IMG/VR virus record: IMGVR_UViG_3300032220_000132
Location: 207-64,206 of that record
DNA length: 64,000 nucleotides
Origin: a virus
Taxonomy: Duplodnaviria > Caudoviricetes
Reading direction: 5' to 3' (one strand)
This document shows, one piece after another, positions 1 through 9,122 of the stretch (the stretch's first letter is position 1; each line of letters begins with the position of its first letter). The notes under the pieces are model-generated. The model made no database searches, was not told the origin of the DNA, and worked only from the letters and a program-made list of their open reading frames with translations. The position numbers were made by a program, and so were the translations under genes.

Positions 1-2
1 CT

Positions 3-524
3 AACTCTGCCCAGTATTACGGTGGTGACGGTGTACCTTTGTTCTCGACAGCTCACCCACTGGTTTCTGGTGGAACTAACAGCAACACTCAGTCTACCGC
101 TGCTGATTTGAACGAAACTTCCTTGGAAGCTGCCGTTATTCAAATCGCTGCTTGGACAGACGAGCGTAGTTTGTTGATCGCTGCTAAACCACGTAAGTTA
201 ATTGTTCCACCTGCACTACAGTTCGTTGCAACTCGTTTGCTCGAAACCCAATTGCGTGTTGGTACAACTGACAACGACATCAACGCTTTAGTAAACAATG
301 GTTCGATCCCAGAAGGTTATACAGTTAATAACTACCTGACCGATCCAAATGCTTACTTCCTCTGTACTGATGTTCCAAACGGTATGAAGCATTTCGTTCG
401 TACTCGTTTGAGCAACAGCATGGACGGTGACTTCGATACTGGTAACGTACGTTACAAGTCTCGTGAGCGTTACAGCTTCGGCTGGTCTGATCCCCTCGGT
501 ATGTGGGGTTCACAAGGCGCTTAA
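3..524 (+). CDS. Major capsid protein, C-terminal part (5'-truncated by window edge)
   Basis: Frame open from base 3 (NSAQYYGGDGVPLFSTAHP...KLIVPPAL...FDTGNVRYKSRERYSFGWSDPLG); HK97-fold/Mu gpT-like capsid C-terminus; N-terminal half at 63693-64000. Confidence 0.9.
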   Translation, partial: NSAQYYGGDGVPLFSTAHPLVSGGTNSNTQSTAADLNETSLEAAVIQIAAWTDERSLLIAAKPRKLIVPPALQFVATRLLETQLRVGTTDNDINALVNNGSIPEGYTVNNYLTDPNAYFLCTDVPNGMKHFVRTRLSNSMDGDFDTGNVRYKSRERYSFGWSDPLGMWGSQGA

Positions 525-531
525 TTGTGCT

Positions 532-566
532 AAAAAAGGGGAGCCAAAAACTCCCCTTTTTCTTTT
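532..566 (+). terminator. Intrinsic terminator after capsid gene
   Basis: aaaaaggggag-ccaaaaa-ctccccttttt followed by a T-rich tract. Confidence 0.85.
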
Positions 567-590
567 ATTTGTAGTAAGATTCTTTTAAGA

Positions 591-660
591 CTAGGACTAA
601 TTTGTCCATATCAGCCCGCCTAGGGGACGATGCACCGATGATATGGGATTATGTGCATAT
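591..660 (+). ncRNA. Putative structured leader RNA (three interleaved helices)
   Basis: ctagg591-595/cctag619-623; ccatatca606-613/tgatatgg639-646; atgcac630-635/gtgcat653-658; ends 2 nt before SD aaggag. Confidence 0.55.
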
Positions 661-672
661 AAGGAGAACCTC

Positions 673-1137
673 ATGGGTTTCGCTACACATCTAGGTCCTT
701 GGTTATTAGGGACTGTTAAAAACACCACTGGCACTGCTGCTGGTACTATCCGCAACACAGGTTGCACCGTTGTTTCCCAATCAGCTAATGTAGTTTTTGG
801 CACTTTGACTGGTAATCTAGTTACTGTTCCCGCTGGATCACAGATTGTTGATATTAAGGTTGTAACCACCACCGTATTTAGTGCAGCAACTACTGCAAAA
901 CTAAGTATTGGCGGTACTGATTTCACAACGACTGGAACCGTTACTAGCGTTGGAAGCGTAGCTTTGGGCGCCAATGCAACCACCCCAGGTGGCTGGTTAA
1001 ATGTTGGTTCTACTGATGCCACGATTACCTACACATTGGCTGGTACAAGTTTAACGACTGGAGCAGCAACAATCATCGTTACTTACGCAGTCCGTAACTC
1101 TGATGGCGGTCAGTTCCAAACCACGTTTAATAATTAA
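673..1137 (+). CDS. Virion structural protein (capsid decoration-like, beta-rich)
   Basis: SD aaggag 661-666 favours ATG 673; Thr/Gly/Val-rich with VPAGSQIVDI motif; directly after capsid gene. Confidence 0.65.
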   Translation: MGFATHLGPWLLGTVKNTTGTAAGTIRNTGCTVVSQSANVVFGTLTGNLVTVPAGSQIVDIKVVTTTVFSAATTAKLSIGGTDFTTTGTVTSVGSVALGANATTPGGWLNVGSTDATITYTLAGTSLTTGAATIIVTYAVRNSDGGQFQTTFNN

Positions 1138-1144
1138 TCTGGCG

Positions 1145-1164
1145 GACTAGGGAAAACCCTAGTC
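1145..1164. promoter_or_regulatory. Perfect hairpin/palindrome gactaggg-aaaa-ccctagtc
   Basis: 8-bp inverted repeat in intergenic gap; contains AGGGAAAACCCT motif that recurs at 56414 and 56456. Confidence 0.5.
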
Positions 1165-1189
1165 TACTCAACATCTTAGGAGATTAATT

Positions 1190-1705
1190 ATGACAATGCA
1201 ATATGATGTAAAACAAGCGCATTTAAATTCTAGTGGGTATCTTGTAAATTATGGTACACGAGTTAAAGGAATGTCTTTTACAGGTGGAGCTTCTGCTGGA
1301 TATGCAGTTTTATTCGATGCTTCAAGCGTTCCCGTATCATCAAGCGTAACGTATGCTCAAAGCGGCAATACCGTAACAGTAACTAAAGTTGCTCATGGAC
1401 TTACTACTGGCACGAGTATTGGTATTCATTTTGCACCGAATGGTTCTGGTGTTTCGGCTACTGACGGCACATATATCATCACTAGAACGGGCGCAGATAC
1501 CTTTACGCTAACCGATATTAACTCACGTACCATTACAAGTACTGCCGCTGTATATGCAGTTGGTCGGTGGATTCTTACCTACGAAAGCTTTGCTGGCGAT
1601 TATTTTAGTAATACACCAACTATTCCAGGTGAAGGAATACGTGCAAATACATCGGTATATGCAGAAATTTCCAATATGGATTCGATACAAATTTATTATG
1701 GATAA
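1190..1705 (+). CDS. Putative virion structural protein
   Basis: SD aggag; beta-rich, with TVTVTKVAHGL...GTYIITRTGADTFTL segment typical of phage structural proteins. Confidence 0.6.
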   Translation: MTMQYDVKQAHLNSSGYLVNYGTRVKGMSFTGGASAGYAVLFDASSVPVSSSVTYAQSGNTVTVTKVAHGLTTGTSIGIHFAPNGSGVSATDGTYIITRTGADTFTLTDINSRTITSTAAVYAVGRWILTYESFAGDYFSNTPTIPGEGIRANTSVYAEISNMDSIQIYYG

Positions 1706-1708
1706 ATA

Positions 1709-2479
1709 ATGTCAGAAACAGTGCAAGCACAAGGTTCTTTTAATTTAGCTGGTAGGAAGATCATGCTTGGTCTTCCCGCTTACGACTTTAAAGTATCTGT
1801 AAAACTAGCTATTGCAATGGCTCAGTTTGCCGTAGAAGCACCTAAACACGGGGTTGATATTCAGATTTGTAATATCTCTGGATGCTCCGTTGTTTCTCGT
1901 GTTAGAAACCTGATTGCTAAAGATTTCCTAGCCTCAGACTGCACGGACTTAATGTTTATTGATTCGGACATTACCTTTAATCCGCAAGATATTTTCCGTT
2001 TGATGGCGTGGAATATTGACCCTAAAAAAGGTATCGTAGGTGGCGTTCCAGTAGCCCGTAAAAAGGGAAGTGTATACATCTCTACCTTAGAACAAGATGC
2101 TGATGGCGGGATCTATATGAACTCGTATGGTTTAGTTAAAGCTAAACGCATTGCTACTGCCTTTATGTTGATCCGTAAAGACGTATTTGAGACCCTCAGA
2201 GACAACCATCCTGAGTGGAAATACCACGATGACCGAGTAGTAGATGGACATCCAGATAAGTTCTGCTATTCATTCTTTGACTTTAAATCTACACCAGAAG
2301 GCTATGTAGGCGAGGACTATCTTTTCTGTGACCGTGCCACTGCTCATGGTTACGAGGTATGGATTGACCCTACCATTAAGCTAGGTCATTTAGGGATGGA
2401 AGAGTTTGCAGGGTCGTTTGGTGAAGAATATCTCTATCCTCTTATTAGACCTATTGACTCCAAAAAGGATGTTGCATAA
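1709..2479 (+). CDS. GT-A fold glycosyltransferase-like protein
   Basis: RVRNLIAKDFL, DxD motif (FIDSDI), GEDYLFC, WIDPTIKLGH. Confidence 0.75.
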   Translation: MSETVQAQGSFNLAGRKIMLGLPAYDFKVSVKLAIAMAQFAVEAPKHGVDIQICNISGCSVVSRVRNLIAKDFLASDCTDLMFIDSDITFNPQDIFRLMAWNIDPKKGIVGGVPVARKKGSVYISTLEQDADGGIYMNSYGLVKAKRIATAFMLIRKDVFETLRDNHPEWKYHDDRVVDGHPDKFCYSFFDFKSTPEGYVGEDYLFCDRATAHGYEVWIDPTIKLGHLGMEEFAGSFGEEYLYPLIRPIDSKKDVA

Positions 2480-2739
2480 TGGCTACTAAAAAGAAAGGAC
2501 CCTCTCTTGCGATTGGTCGTGGTGAAAAGTTGCCTGTATCTAAGGGCGCTGGGCTTACCGCCAAAGGTCGTGCTAAATATAATAAAGCGACTGGCTCAAA
2601 TCTAAAAGCTCCACAGCCAGAAGGTGGTGCTCGCAAGAAGTCATTCTGCGCTCGCATGTCTGGAATGCCTGGACCAATGAAAGATGAAAAAGGCAGACCT
2701 ACTCGTAAAGCAGCTTCTTTAGCAAGATGGAAGTGCTAA
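2479..2739 (+). CDS. Small basic phage protein (DUF6321-like)
   Basis: GLTAKGRAKYN...NLKAP...RKKSFCARM motif. Confidence 0.65.
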   Translation: MATKKKGPSLAIGRGEKLPVSKGAGLTAKGRAKYNKATGSNLKAPQPEGGARKKSFCARMSGMPGPMKDEKGRPTRKAASLARWKC

Positions 2740-2741
2740 AC

Positions 2742-2993
2742 ATGAGCCAAGAAATGTTATATCTATGGAACGCAGGTCTAACATTAGCAGGAGTTCTTGT
2801 TGGTCTTTGGGCAAGAGAAAAGTCCTCTGAACTGGCACGTCTTAACATCCTATTAAATAAAACCCGTGAGGAGGTAGCTCGTGATAACGTCACTAATGCA
2901 GAAATTGACAAGATTATGGCTCATATTGATCAGCGCTTTAACAAGCTTGAAGTCAAAATTGACCAGCTTATTCAAGGGAAAATAAATGCCTAG
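2742..2993 (+). CDS. Membrane-anchored coiled-coil protein
   Basis: N-terminal hydrophobic helix followed by heptad-rich RFNKLEVKIDQL. Confidence 0.6.
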   Translation: MSQEMLYLWNAGLTLAGVLVGLWAREKSSELARLNILLNKTREEVARDNVTNAEIDKIMAHIDQRFNKLEVKIDQLIQGKINA

Positions 2994-3540
2994 CGTTAGC
3001 AAAAAACAGCACAACCTAATGGCAGCTGTGGCTAATAACCCTAAGTTTGCTAAAAAAGTTGGCATTCCTAAATCTGTTGGAGAGGATTTTATGGAAGCTG
3101 ATAAAGGTAAAAAGTTTAGAACTGGTGGATCTACCAATCCATCCAAAGGTAAATTCAACAAACCACGTTCTAATCATGGGATGATGCAATTACCAAATGT
3201 TAGTTTAGAAAAGTATGTTGGTAAAAAAGAAGGTGGAACCTTGAAAGGAAAAGAAATGAAAGAATCTAAGATGATGGTTAAGAAAGAAATTGGTTTTATG
3301 AAGAAAAAAGGCGCTCCTAAATCCATGATTAAACATGAGATGGCAGAGGCTGGCATGAAAAATGGCGGTATGACATCCATGAAAAAAGTGGCTACCAAGG
3401 CCGTTAAAGGACATGAGAAGCGTATGCATGGCATGGCTAGTGGTGGCAAAGTAGGTCAGCTATCTAAGGCTAATGGCGTTGCTGTAAAAGGCAAAACCAA
3501 AGGCACTATGGTTAAGATGAAATCAGGCGGATACTGCTAA
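2986..3540 (+). CDS. Lys/Met-rich small virion-associated protein with ANGVAVKGKTKG tag
   Basis: MPSVSKKQHNLMAA start; repeated xxGG motifs. Confidence 0.7.
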   Translation: MPSVSKKQHNLMAAVANNPKFAKKVGIPKSVGEDFMEADKGKKFRTGGSTNPSKGKFNKPRSNHGMMQLPNVSLEKYVGKKEGGTLKGKEMKESKMMVKKEIGFMKKKGAPKSMIKHEMAEAGMKNGGMTSMKKVATKAVKGHEKRMHGMASGGKVGQLSKANGVAVKGKTKGTMVKMKSGGYC

Positions 3541-3542
3541 TC

Positions 3543-3851
3543 ATGGCTAATTTCCCAGACCTTAACGATGACGGTAAAGTAACTCGTGCTGACGTCCTTA
3601 AAGGACGTGGCGTTCCAGGCTTTAATAAAGGAACTGTTGTTAAAGACGAGCTCCCACAAGAGATGGTTGATCGCCTCACTCGTGAGGAGAACGAAGCTAA
3701 TCCTATGGTTAAGCTACGGGATAAGATCTTTGGTCCAGAAAAGAAAAAGCCAGAACCAGTTAAAAAAGCCAAAGGTGGAAAAGTTTTCAGTGCTTCTAAG
3801 CGAGCAGATGGCTGTGCTATTCGTGGTAAAACTAGAGGAAAGATGGTGTAA
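3543..3851 (+). CDS. Small protein with C-terminal RADGCAIRGKTR tag
   Basis: EF-hand-like DLNDDGKVTRAD at the N-terminus; conserved C-terminal tag. Confidence 0.7.
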   Translation: MANFPDLNDDGKVTRADVLKGRGVPGFNKGTVVKDELPQEMVDRLTREENEANPMVKLRDKIFGPEKKKPEPVKKAKGGKVFSASKRADGCAIRGKTRGKMV

Positions 3852-3853
3852 CC

Positions 3854-4222
3854 ATGGGATTGAAATTTGGAGATATTAGCCCTGTTGCTGGAATGGTAAC
3901 TGGTGAAGGTATGACGGGTAATCTTATACGTCAAGGTGTTGGTGGGTTTTTGCCTCAAATGATTGCTAAAGATGCTTATGATAGCAAGCAGCAATCAATT
4001 GCCAATAAAGCTCAAGAAGATGAAAAAAATGCACAAGCTGCAGCACAAGAGGCTGCTATGGTGGCTAAGCAACAAAAAGCAGAACAAGCAAAAAATTATA
4101 TTTCTAGAGCAAGAGAAACAGGCGGATTAGAAGGATACAAATCCTATAAAAAAGGCGGTAAAGTTAAGTCTGCGTCAGCTCGTGCAGACGGCTGTGCTAT
4201 CCGTGGAAAGACTAGAGCGTAA
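3854..4222 (+). CDS. Small protein with C-terminal RADGCAIRGKTR tag
   Basis: Tightly packed ORF ending YKKGGKVKSASARADGCAIRGKTRA. Confidence 0.7.
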   Translation: MGLKFGDISPVAGMVTGEGMTGNLIRQGVGGFLPQMIAKDAYDSKQQSIANKAQEDEKNAQAAAQEAAMVAKQQKAEQAKNYISRARETGGLEGYKSYKKGGKVKSASARADGCAIRGKTRA

Positions 4223-4614
4223 TGCCAATAGAGCCTATTGACCCTTCTAAAAAGGTTGGCGGTGACGGGAATGAGAAATATAACCCTCAAAAGGAAAAGT
4301 TCGGCCCTAGCGAATACGACAAAGCAGCAGAAAAAGTAAAGCAGGAGAACGAAAGGGCTAAGGCTGAGGCACATAAAATGGCAGAAGAGCAAAGGGCAAA
4401 AGTTAAAGCTGAAAGCCCACGCACTTATGCGGAAAGACTGCAAGACATGGGTAGACTGTCTAAGCCTAGTGGTGCAGCTGGTTTAAAAATTGACATTGAA
4501 AAAGGCATGATGGGAAGCAGTATGCCAAAGCCTAAATTAAAAGCTGGCGGTATGGTTAAATCAGCGTCATCCAGAGCAGATGGTTGCGCTATTCGGGGAA
4601 AGACAAGAGCATGA
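4222..4614 (+). CDS. Small protein with C-terminal RADGCAIRGKTR tag
   Basis: TAATG coupling; ends LKAGGMVKSASSRADGCAIRGKTRA. Confidence 0.7.
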   Translation: MPIEPIDPSKKVGGDGNEKYNPQKEKFGPSEYDKAAEKVKQENERAKAEAHKMAEEQRAKVKAESPRTYAERLQDMGRLSKPSGAAGLKIDIEKGMMGSSMPKPKLKAGGMVKSASSRADGCAIRGKTRA

Positions 4615-4865
4615 GACCAAGTCGTGGAATGGGCGCTATTATGCCTACTAAAATGGGTAAACCTAAGCGTAAAGCTCGTAGGGACGATACTGACTTTACG
4701 GAATATAAAAAAGGCGGGGAAGTTTGGGATAAGCCAAGACCAAAAGGCTTAGGCAAACCAAAAAAACTATCGACTGCTAAAAAAGCCAGTGCAAAAGCCA
4801 TGGCAAAAGCTGCTGGTAGACCATATCCTAATCTTGTAGACAATATGAGAGCCGCCAAGAAATGA
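4611..4865 (+). CDS. Small basic protein
   Basis: ATGA overlap; MRPSRGMGAI...AGRPYPNLVDNM. Confidence 0.65.
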   Translation: MRPSRGMGAIMPTKMGKPKRKARRDDTDFTEYKKGGEVWDKPRPKGLGKPKKLSTAKKASAKAMAKAAGRPYPNLVDNMRAAKK

Positions 4866-5788
4866 CCACATCTGGAACTACAACCTTCAATCTAGATCTT
4901 AATAACCTTATTGAAGAGGCTTTTGAGCGTTGTGGTACGGAATTGCGTACTGGCTACGATATGCGGACTGCCCGCAGATCATTGAACCTGTTGACTGTAG
5001 AGTGGGCTAATCGTGGTATTAACTTGTGGACTATTGAGCAGGGGCAAGTTGCAATGGTTACTGGGCAAGGGATTTATCCTATTCCAGTCAATACGATTGA
5101 CCTATTAGATCATGTAGTTCGCCAGAATAACGGTGTTACAAGCAATCAGATTGACATCAACATTACCCGTATTTCGGAGTCTACCTACTCTACGATCCCA
5201 AATAAGCTAACAACTGGGCGTCCTATTCAGGTCTGGTTTAATCGTCAGTCAGGGCAGTCTAATACGACCGCTGTGACCTTAAACGGCACAATTAATGCTA
5301 CGACCACATCTATTACCGTTAGTGATGCTAGCGCCCTTCCTATCGGTGGCTTTGTCAAGATTGATAACGAAACAATCAGCTACGCTAACGTCATTGGTAA
5401 TGTCCTAACAAACTGCTACCGTGGTCAGAATGGTACTACTGCCGCAAGTCATACGACAGGTGCAGCAATTTCTATACAGAACCTTCCCTCAATTAATGTA
5501 TGGCCCACACCCGATGCTGGTGGTGGTCCTTATACCTTTGTGTACTGGAGATTGCGTAGGATTCAAGATGCTGGATCTAATGGCACTGTAGAGCCTGATA
5601 TTCCCTTTCGCCTATTACCTTGTATGGTGGCTGGATTGGCTTTCTATATGGCTCAAAAGCTACCAGACGGACAGGCAAGAGTGCAATTTTTAAAGCAAGA
5701 ATACGAGGAGCAGTGGCTCCTGGCTTCTACGGAGGACAGAGAGAAAGCCGCTTCTAGGTTCGTTCCTAGGACGACCTTCTATGCCTAA
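4862..5788 (+). CDS. Head-tail adaptor / tail tubular protein-like
   Basis: TFNLDLNNLIEEAFERCG...ARRSLNLL...WPTPD...LPCMVAGLAFY pattern; inserted beta-domain. Confidence 0.65.
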   Translation: MTTSGTTTFNLDLNNLIEEAFERCGTELRTGYDMRTARRSLNLLTVEWANRGINLWTIEQGQVAMVTGQGIYPIPVNTIDLLDHVVRQNNGVTSNQIDINITRISESTYSTIPNKLTTGRPIQVWFNRQSGQSNTTAVTLNGTINATTTSITVSDASALPIGGFVKIDNETISYANVIGNVLTNCYRGQNGTTAASHTTGAAISIQNLPSINVWPTPDAGGGPYTFVYWRLRRIQDAGSNGTVEPDIPFRLLPCMVAGLAFYMAQKLPDGQARVQFLKQEYEEQWLLASTEDREKAASRFVPRTTFYA

Positions 5789-6203
5789 TAAATTTAGTAG
5801 TGGCAAATTTGCTATTGCCGAATGTGACCGATGTGGTCAGCGGTATAAGTTAAAGGAGCTACGGAAGTTAGTTGTTAAGCAACAGATAAAGAACATTAAG
5901 GTTTGCCCTAGTTGTTGGGATCCAGATCAGCCGCAGTTGTCGTTAGGTATGTATCCAGTGGATGACCCACAGGCTGTACGGGAACCACGCCCTGATGTAA
6001 GCTATACGGTATCTGGAACAAGTGGTTTGCAACTAAATGGATCTAACGACAGTACGTTACAAGGCGTTGGTTATCCAGAGGGCGGTAGTAGAATATTTCA
6101 ATGGGGATGGAACCCTGTTGGTGGTGCTAGAGATGACGGACTAACTCCTAATGATCTTGCCCCAAGCTGTTTGGTAGGAAGTGTAACGGTAACAACAACA
6201 TAA
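5781..6203 (+). CDS. CxxC zinc-binding virion-associated protein
   Basis: CDRC...CPSC, DPQAVREPRPD. Confidence 0.7.
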   Translation: MPNKFSSGKFAIAECDRCGQRYKLKELRKLVVKQQIKNIKVCPSCWDPDQPQLSLGMYPVDDPQAVREPRPDVSYTVSGTSGLQLNGSNDSTLQGVGYPEGGSRIFQWGWNPVGGARDDGLTPNDLAPSCLVGSVTVTTT

Positions 6204-6213
6204 GGAGTTGAAA

Positions 6214-6420
6214 ATGTTTAAGAAAGACGCAGACGGAGTAGCCAAAAAAGGCAAGACTGAAGGCACAAATTTAGGTGACTCAGGTCCTACTGTTCTTGGT
6301 ATGAAAGCCAAACCCAAGATGGGTGGCAAAAGCCAGATGGACATGAAGAAAATGGGACGTAATTTAGCTAAGGTTAAGAACCAAGGCATGATGCGTAAAA
6401 GTGCTGGAAGGGGTCGATAA
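6214..6420 (+). CDS. Small basic protein (ADGVAKKGKTEG motif)
   Basis: SD aaggag 6202-6207, ATG 6214. Confidence 0.65.
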   Translation: MFKKDADGVAKKGKTEGTNLGDSGPTVLGMKAKPKMGGKSQMDMKKMGRNLAKVKNQGMMRKSAGRGR

Positions 6421-6689
6421 TGGCTAATTACTCTAAAAAAGTAATGGGTAAGGAAGTTGGAGACGCTAAAGTCTATGCTCCTCCCCATACCATGAAAGGT
6501 AAAACAATCTCTGCCAAAGGCTTGTCTTCCAAAGGCATGACTGGCGCTCAAGATATGTCAGAAATGAATATCTCTGTTGGCGGTATTAGCAAGACTCATG
6601 GCAAAGGCGTTGATAAGTACGGCAAGATTGAGATGCGTGGTGCTGGTGCAGCAACCAAAGGCAGAATGTCTAGCGGGAAGATGGGATGA
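6420..6689 (+). CDS. Small basic protein
   Basis: TAATG coupling; ends MRGAGAATKG. Confidence 0.65.
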   Translation: MANYSKKVMGKEVGDAKVYAPPHTMKGKTISAKGLSSKGMTGAQDMSEMNISVGGISKTHGKGVDKYGKIEMRGAGAATKGRMSSGKMG

Positions 6690-7345
6690 ACTATACGCAG
6701 TTAACTTCTGCAATTAAAGGTTTTGCTGAGAACGACTTCCCAGCAACCGTAGGCTCATTTACATCTGCCGACCAGATTGCTAGATTTGTCCAGCTTGCAG
6801 AACAAAGGATTTATAACACCGTCCAACTGCCAGCTTTCCGTAAGAATGTTACGGGGAATGTGACTACTGCCAATAAGTATCTAGCCACCCCCGTTGACTG
6901 GCTGGCTACCTTTAGTCTTGCGGTGATTAATGCGGCAAATGAGTACCACTACCTTTTAAACAAAGATGTTAACTTTATCCGTGAATCCTACCCAGATACG
7001 GACGCTGCGTTCTATGCAAAACCTGAGTATTACGCTGTTTTTGACAATAACACCTTTATTCTAGGACCTACCCCAGATGCCAATTACGCTGTGGAGTTGC
7101 ATTATTTTTATTACCCACAATCTATTGTTACTGCCAATACATCTTGGCTTGGCGACAATTTTGATTCTGTACTTTTATATGGTGCGCTTTTAGAAGCAGC
7201 CAATTTTATGAAAACAGACGCTGATACCATGACCATGTACAAAGGTCGGTATGACGCAGCGATGGCAGATTTGAAACAATTAGGCGATGCTAAAGAACGT
7301 CAAGACGCCTATAGAAGTGGACAAGTGAGGTATCCAGTCAGATGA
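6686..7345 (+). CDS. Head-tail adaptor / tail tubular protein A-like
   Basis: MNYTQL...FVQLAEQRI...LGPTPDANYAVELHY...LLYGALLEA. Confidence 0.7.
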   Translation: MNYTQLTSAIKGFAENDFPATVGSFTSADQIARFVQLAEQRIYNTVQLPAFRKNVTGNVTTANKYLATPVDWLATFSLAVINAANEYHYLLNKDVNFIRESYPDTDAAFYAKPEYYAVFDNNTFILGPTPDANYAVELHYFYYPQSIVTANTSWLGDNFDSVLLYGALLEAANFMKTDADTMTMYKGRYDAAMADLKQLGDAKERQDAYRSGQVRYPVR

Positions 7346-7629
7346 TTAGCGTACAAGGGCTAGGCGAGTCTAGCGGTATCCAAGTATTTACAAAAGACCA
7401 CGGTGGCTTTACCCCAGAGGAAGTCGCTGAACGGGCATTAGATAAGATTATTCAGGTAGGGGATCAGTCTCATCCCTTGGTTCGGGAGCAAGCAATTGCT
7501 TTTAGGAATCATATTCGGGAAGTACTAGTCTTTTATATGAATGAAGCGGTAAAATTTGATCGTGTAACACTAGCTCACAAGCTACGGGAAGCTGGTCATC
7601 CTGAATTAATTAAACTTTTAGACGAATAG
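7342..7629 (+). CDS. Hypothetical phage protein
   Basis: ATGA overlap, intact ORF within operon. Confidence 0.65.
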   Translation: MISVQGLGESSGIQVFTKDHGGFTPEEVAERALDKIIQVGDQSHPLVREQAIAFRNHIREVLVFYMNEAVKFDRVTLAHKLREAGHPELIKLLDE

Positions 7630-7638
7630 GAGTCCAAA

Positions 7639-8076
7639 ATGGCTTTTACAGGCAACTTTATGTGTACCAGCTTCAAAGTACAGTTGATGACGGCAACTCA
7701 CAACTTTACGACTGGTACTGGTAATACTTTTAAACTAGCAATGTATGACAATAGTGCGTCCTTTACGGCTGCAACTACTGCTTATACGGCTACTAACGAA
7801 GTAGCAGCTTCTGGCTCATACTCTGCTGGTGGCGGTGCTTTAACCAATGTAACCCCAACTTCTTCGGGTACTACAGCATTTACCGACTTTGCAGACCTAT
7901 CGTTTACTTCTGCGACCATTACAGCTTATGGCGCCATGATCTATAACGATTCCGCTGCTGGTGATCCTTCTGTATGTATTCTAGACTTTGGTGGTGCTAA
8001 GACCTCGACAAGTGGTACGTTTACCATCGTCTTCCCAACAGCAGACGCAAGTAACGCCATTATCCGCATAGCGTGA
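7639..8076 (+). CDS. Putative tail/fibre structural protein
   Basis: SD aggag; MCTSFK...FKLAMY...GAMIYN...LDFGG...FTIVFP pattern. Confidence 0.7.
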   Translation: MAFTGNFMCTSFKVQLMTATHNFTTGTGNTFKLAMYDNSASFTAATTAYTATNEVAASGSYSAGGGALTNVTPTSSGTTAFTDFADLSFTSATITAYGAMIYNDSAAGDPSVCILDFGGAKTSTSGTFTIVFPTADASNAIIRIA

Positions 8077-8083
8077 TTAATAA

Positions 8084-9112
8084 GTGGCAACCTATTCTGG
8101 CTGGGGTAGTGGCGCTTGGGGCAATGGACCTTGGGGCGAGGACTATACAGATGTAGAAGTCCCGCTAGGGGGCTGGGGCTATGGCGGTTGGGGTGAGAAC
8201 CCTTGGGGTCAGAATAGTGGTGGTGTAGTAGCGGCAGGACAGGTAGGTTCAGTTACTGTACAAACTACACAAGATGCGATAGTAAACGTAACAGGTGTTT
8301 CTGGTACGGGGCAGTTAGGTAGTGCAACGGTTACAGGCTCGGCAGTTGTTAATGTAATTGGAGTAAGCGGTACGTGTCAGATAGAAGGTCCAGCTGTCGA
8401 TGCTGGATCGGATGTTGGTGTAACTAGCGTAAACGGAACAGGACAGGTAGGATCAGTATCAATTTTGGCTGGGGCTGGTGTCTCAGTCACAGGCGTAGCT
8501 GGAACGGTATCTGTAGGAACTGTAACGGTAGCCACAGCGATTGATGTAAATGTAACTGGGTTATCAGCAACAGGCAGTATCGGTAGCGTAACGGTTACAG
8601 GAACTGCGGTATTTAATGTAACAGGCGTTGTAGGAACAGTAGTACAGGGTTCAGTTTCTGTAGAAGCAGCAGCAAATGCTCCAGTTACGGGACTCCAAGC
8701 TACAGGAAGCGTTGGCAGTGTAACCGTACAAGAGGGTACGGATGTTGGCGTAACTGGGGTTTCTGGAACGGGTGCGGTAGGAAGTGTAACAGTTGCAGCT
8801 GGTAGTTCTGTAGATTTAACGGGTGTAGTAGGCTCAATGCCTACACCTCAAGTAGGAATAATTACTGGACAAAATATTAGTGTCACGGGATTACAGGCTA
8901 CAGGTAGTGTTGGAAGTGTCTTTGTATCTGTTGGTGCGGTAGTAAGCGTAACAGGCGTACAAGCAGTTGGACAGGTAGGAAGTGTATTAATTTGGCAGGT
9001 AATTGATGATGGTCAAACACCAAATTGGATTGGTATAAATGACTCGCAAACAGGCACTTGGAATGATATTATTGACACACAATCGCCCAATTGGGTTGAG
9101 ATAGCGGCATAA
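8084..9112 (+). CDS. Repetitive beta-strand fibre protein with WG repeats
   Basis: GTG start; GWGxGxWG repeats, then ~12 VTGVxATGxVGSVTV repeats. Confidence 0.7.
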   Translation: MATYSGWGSGAWGNGPWGEDYTDVEVPLGGWGYGGWGENPWGQNSGGVVAAGQVGSVTVQTTQDAIVNVTGVSGTGQLGSATVTGSAVVNVIGVSGTCQIEGPAVDAGSDVGVTSVNGTGQVGSVSILAGAGVSVTGVAGTVSVGTVTVATAIDVNVTGLSATGSIGSVTVTGTAVFNVTGVVGTVVQGSVSVEAAANAPVTGLQATGSVGSVTVQEGTDVGVTGVSGTGAVGSVTVAAGSSVDLTGVVGSMPTPQVGIITGQNISVTGLQATGSVGSVFVSVGAVVSVTGVQAVGQVGSVLIWQVIDDGQTPNWIGINDSQTGTWNDIIDTQSPNWVEIAA

Positions 9113-9122
9113 AGGATAAATT

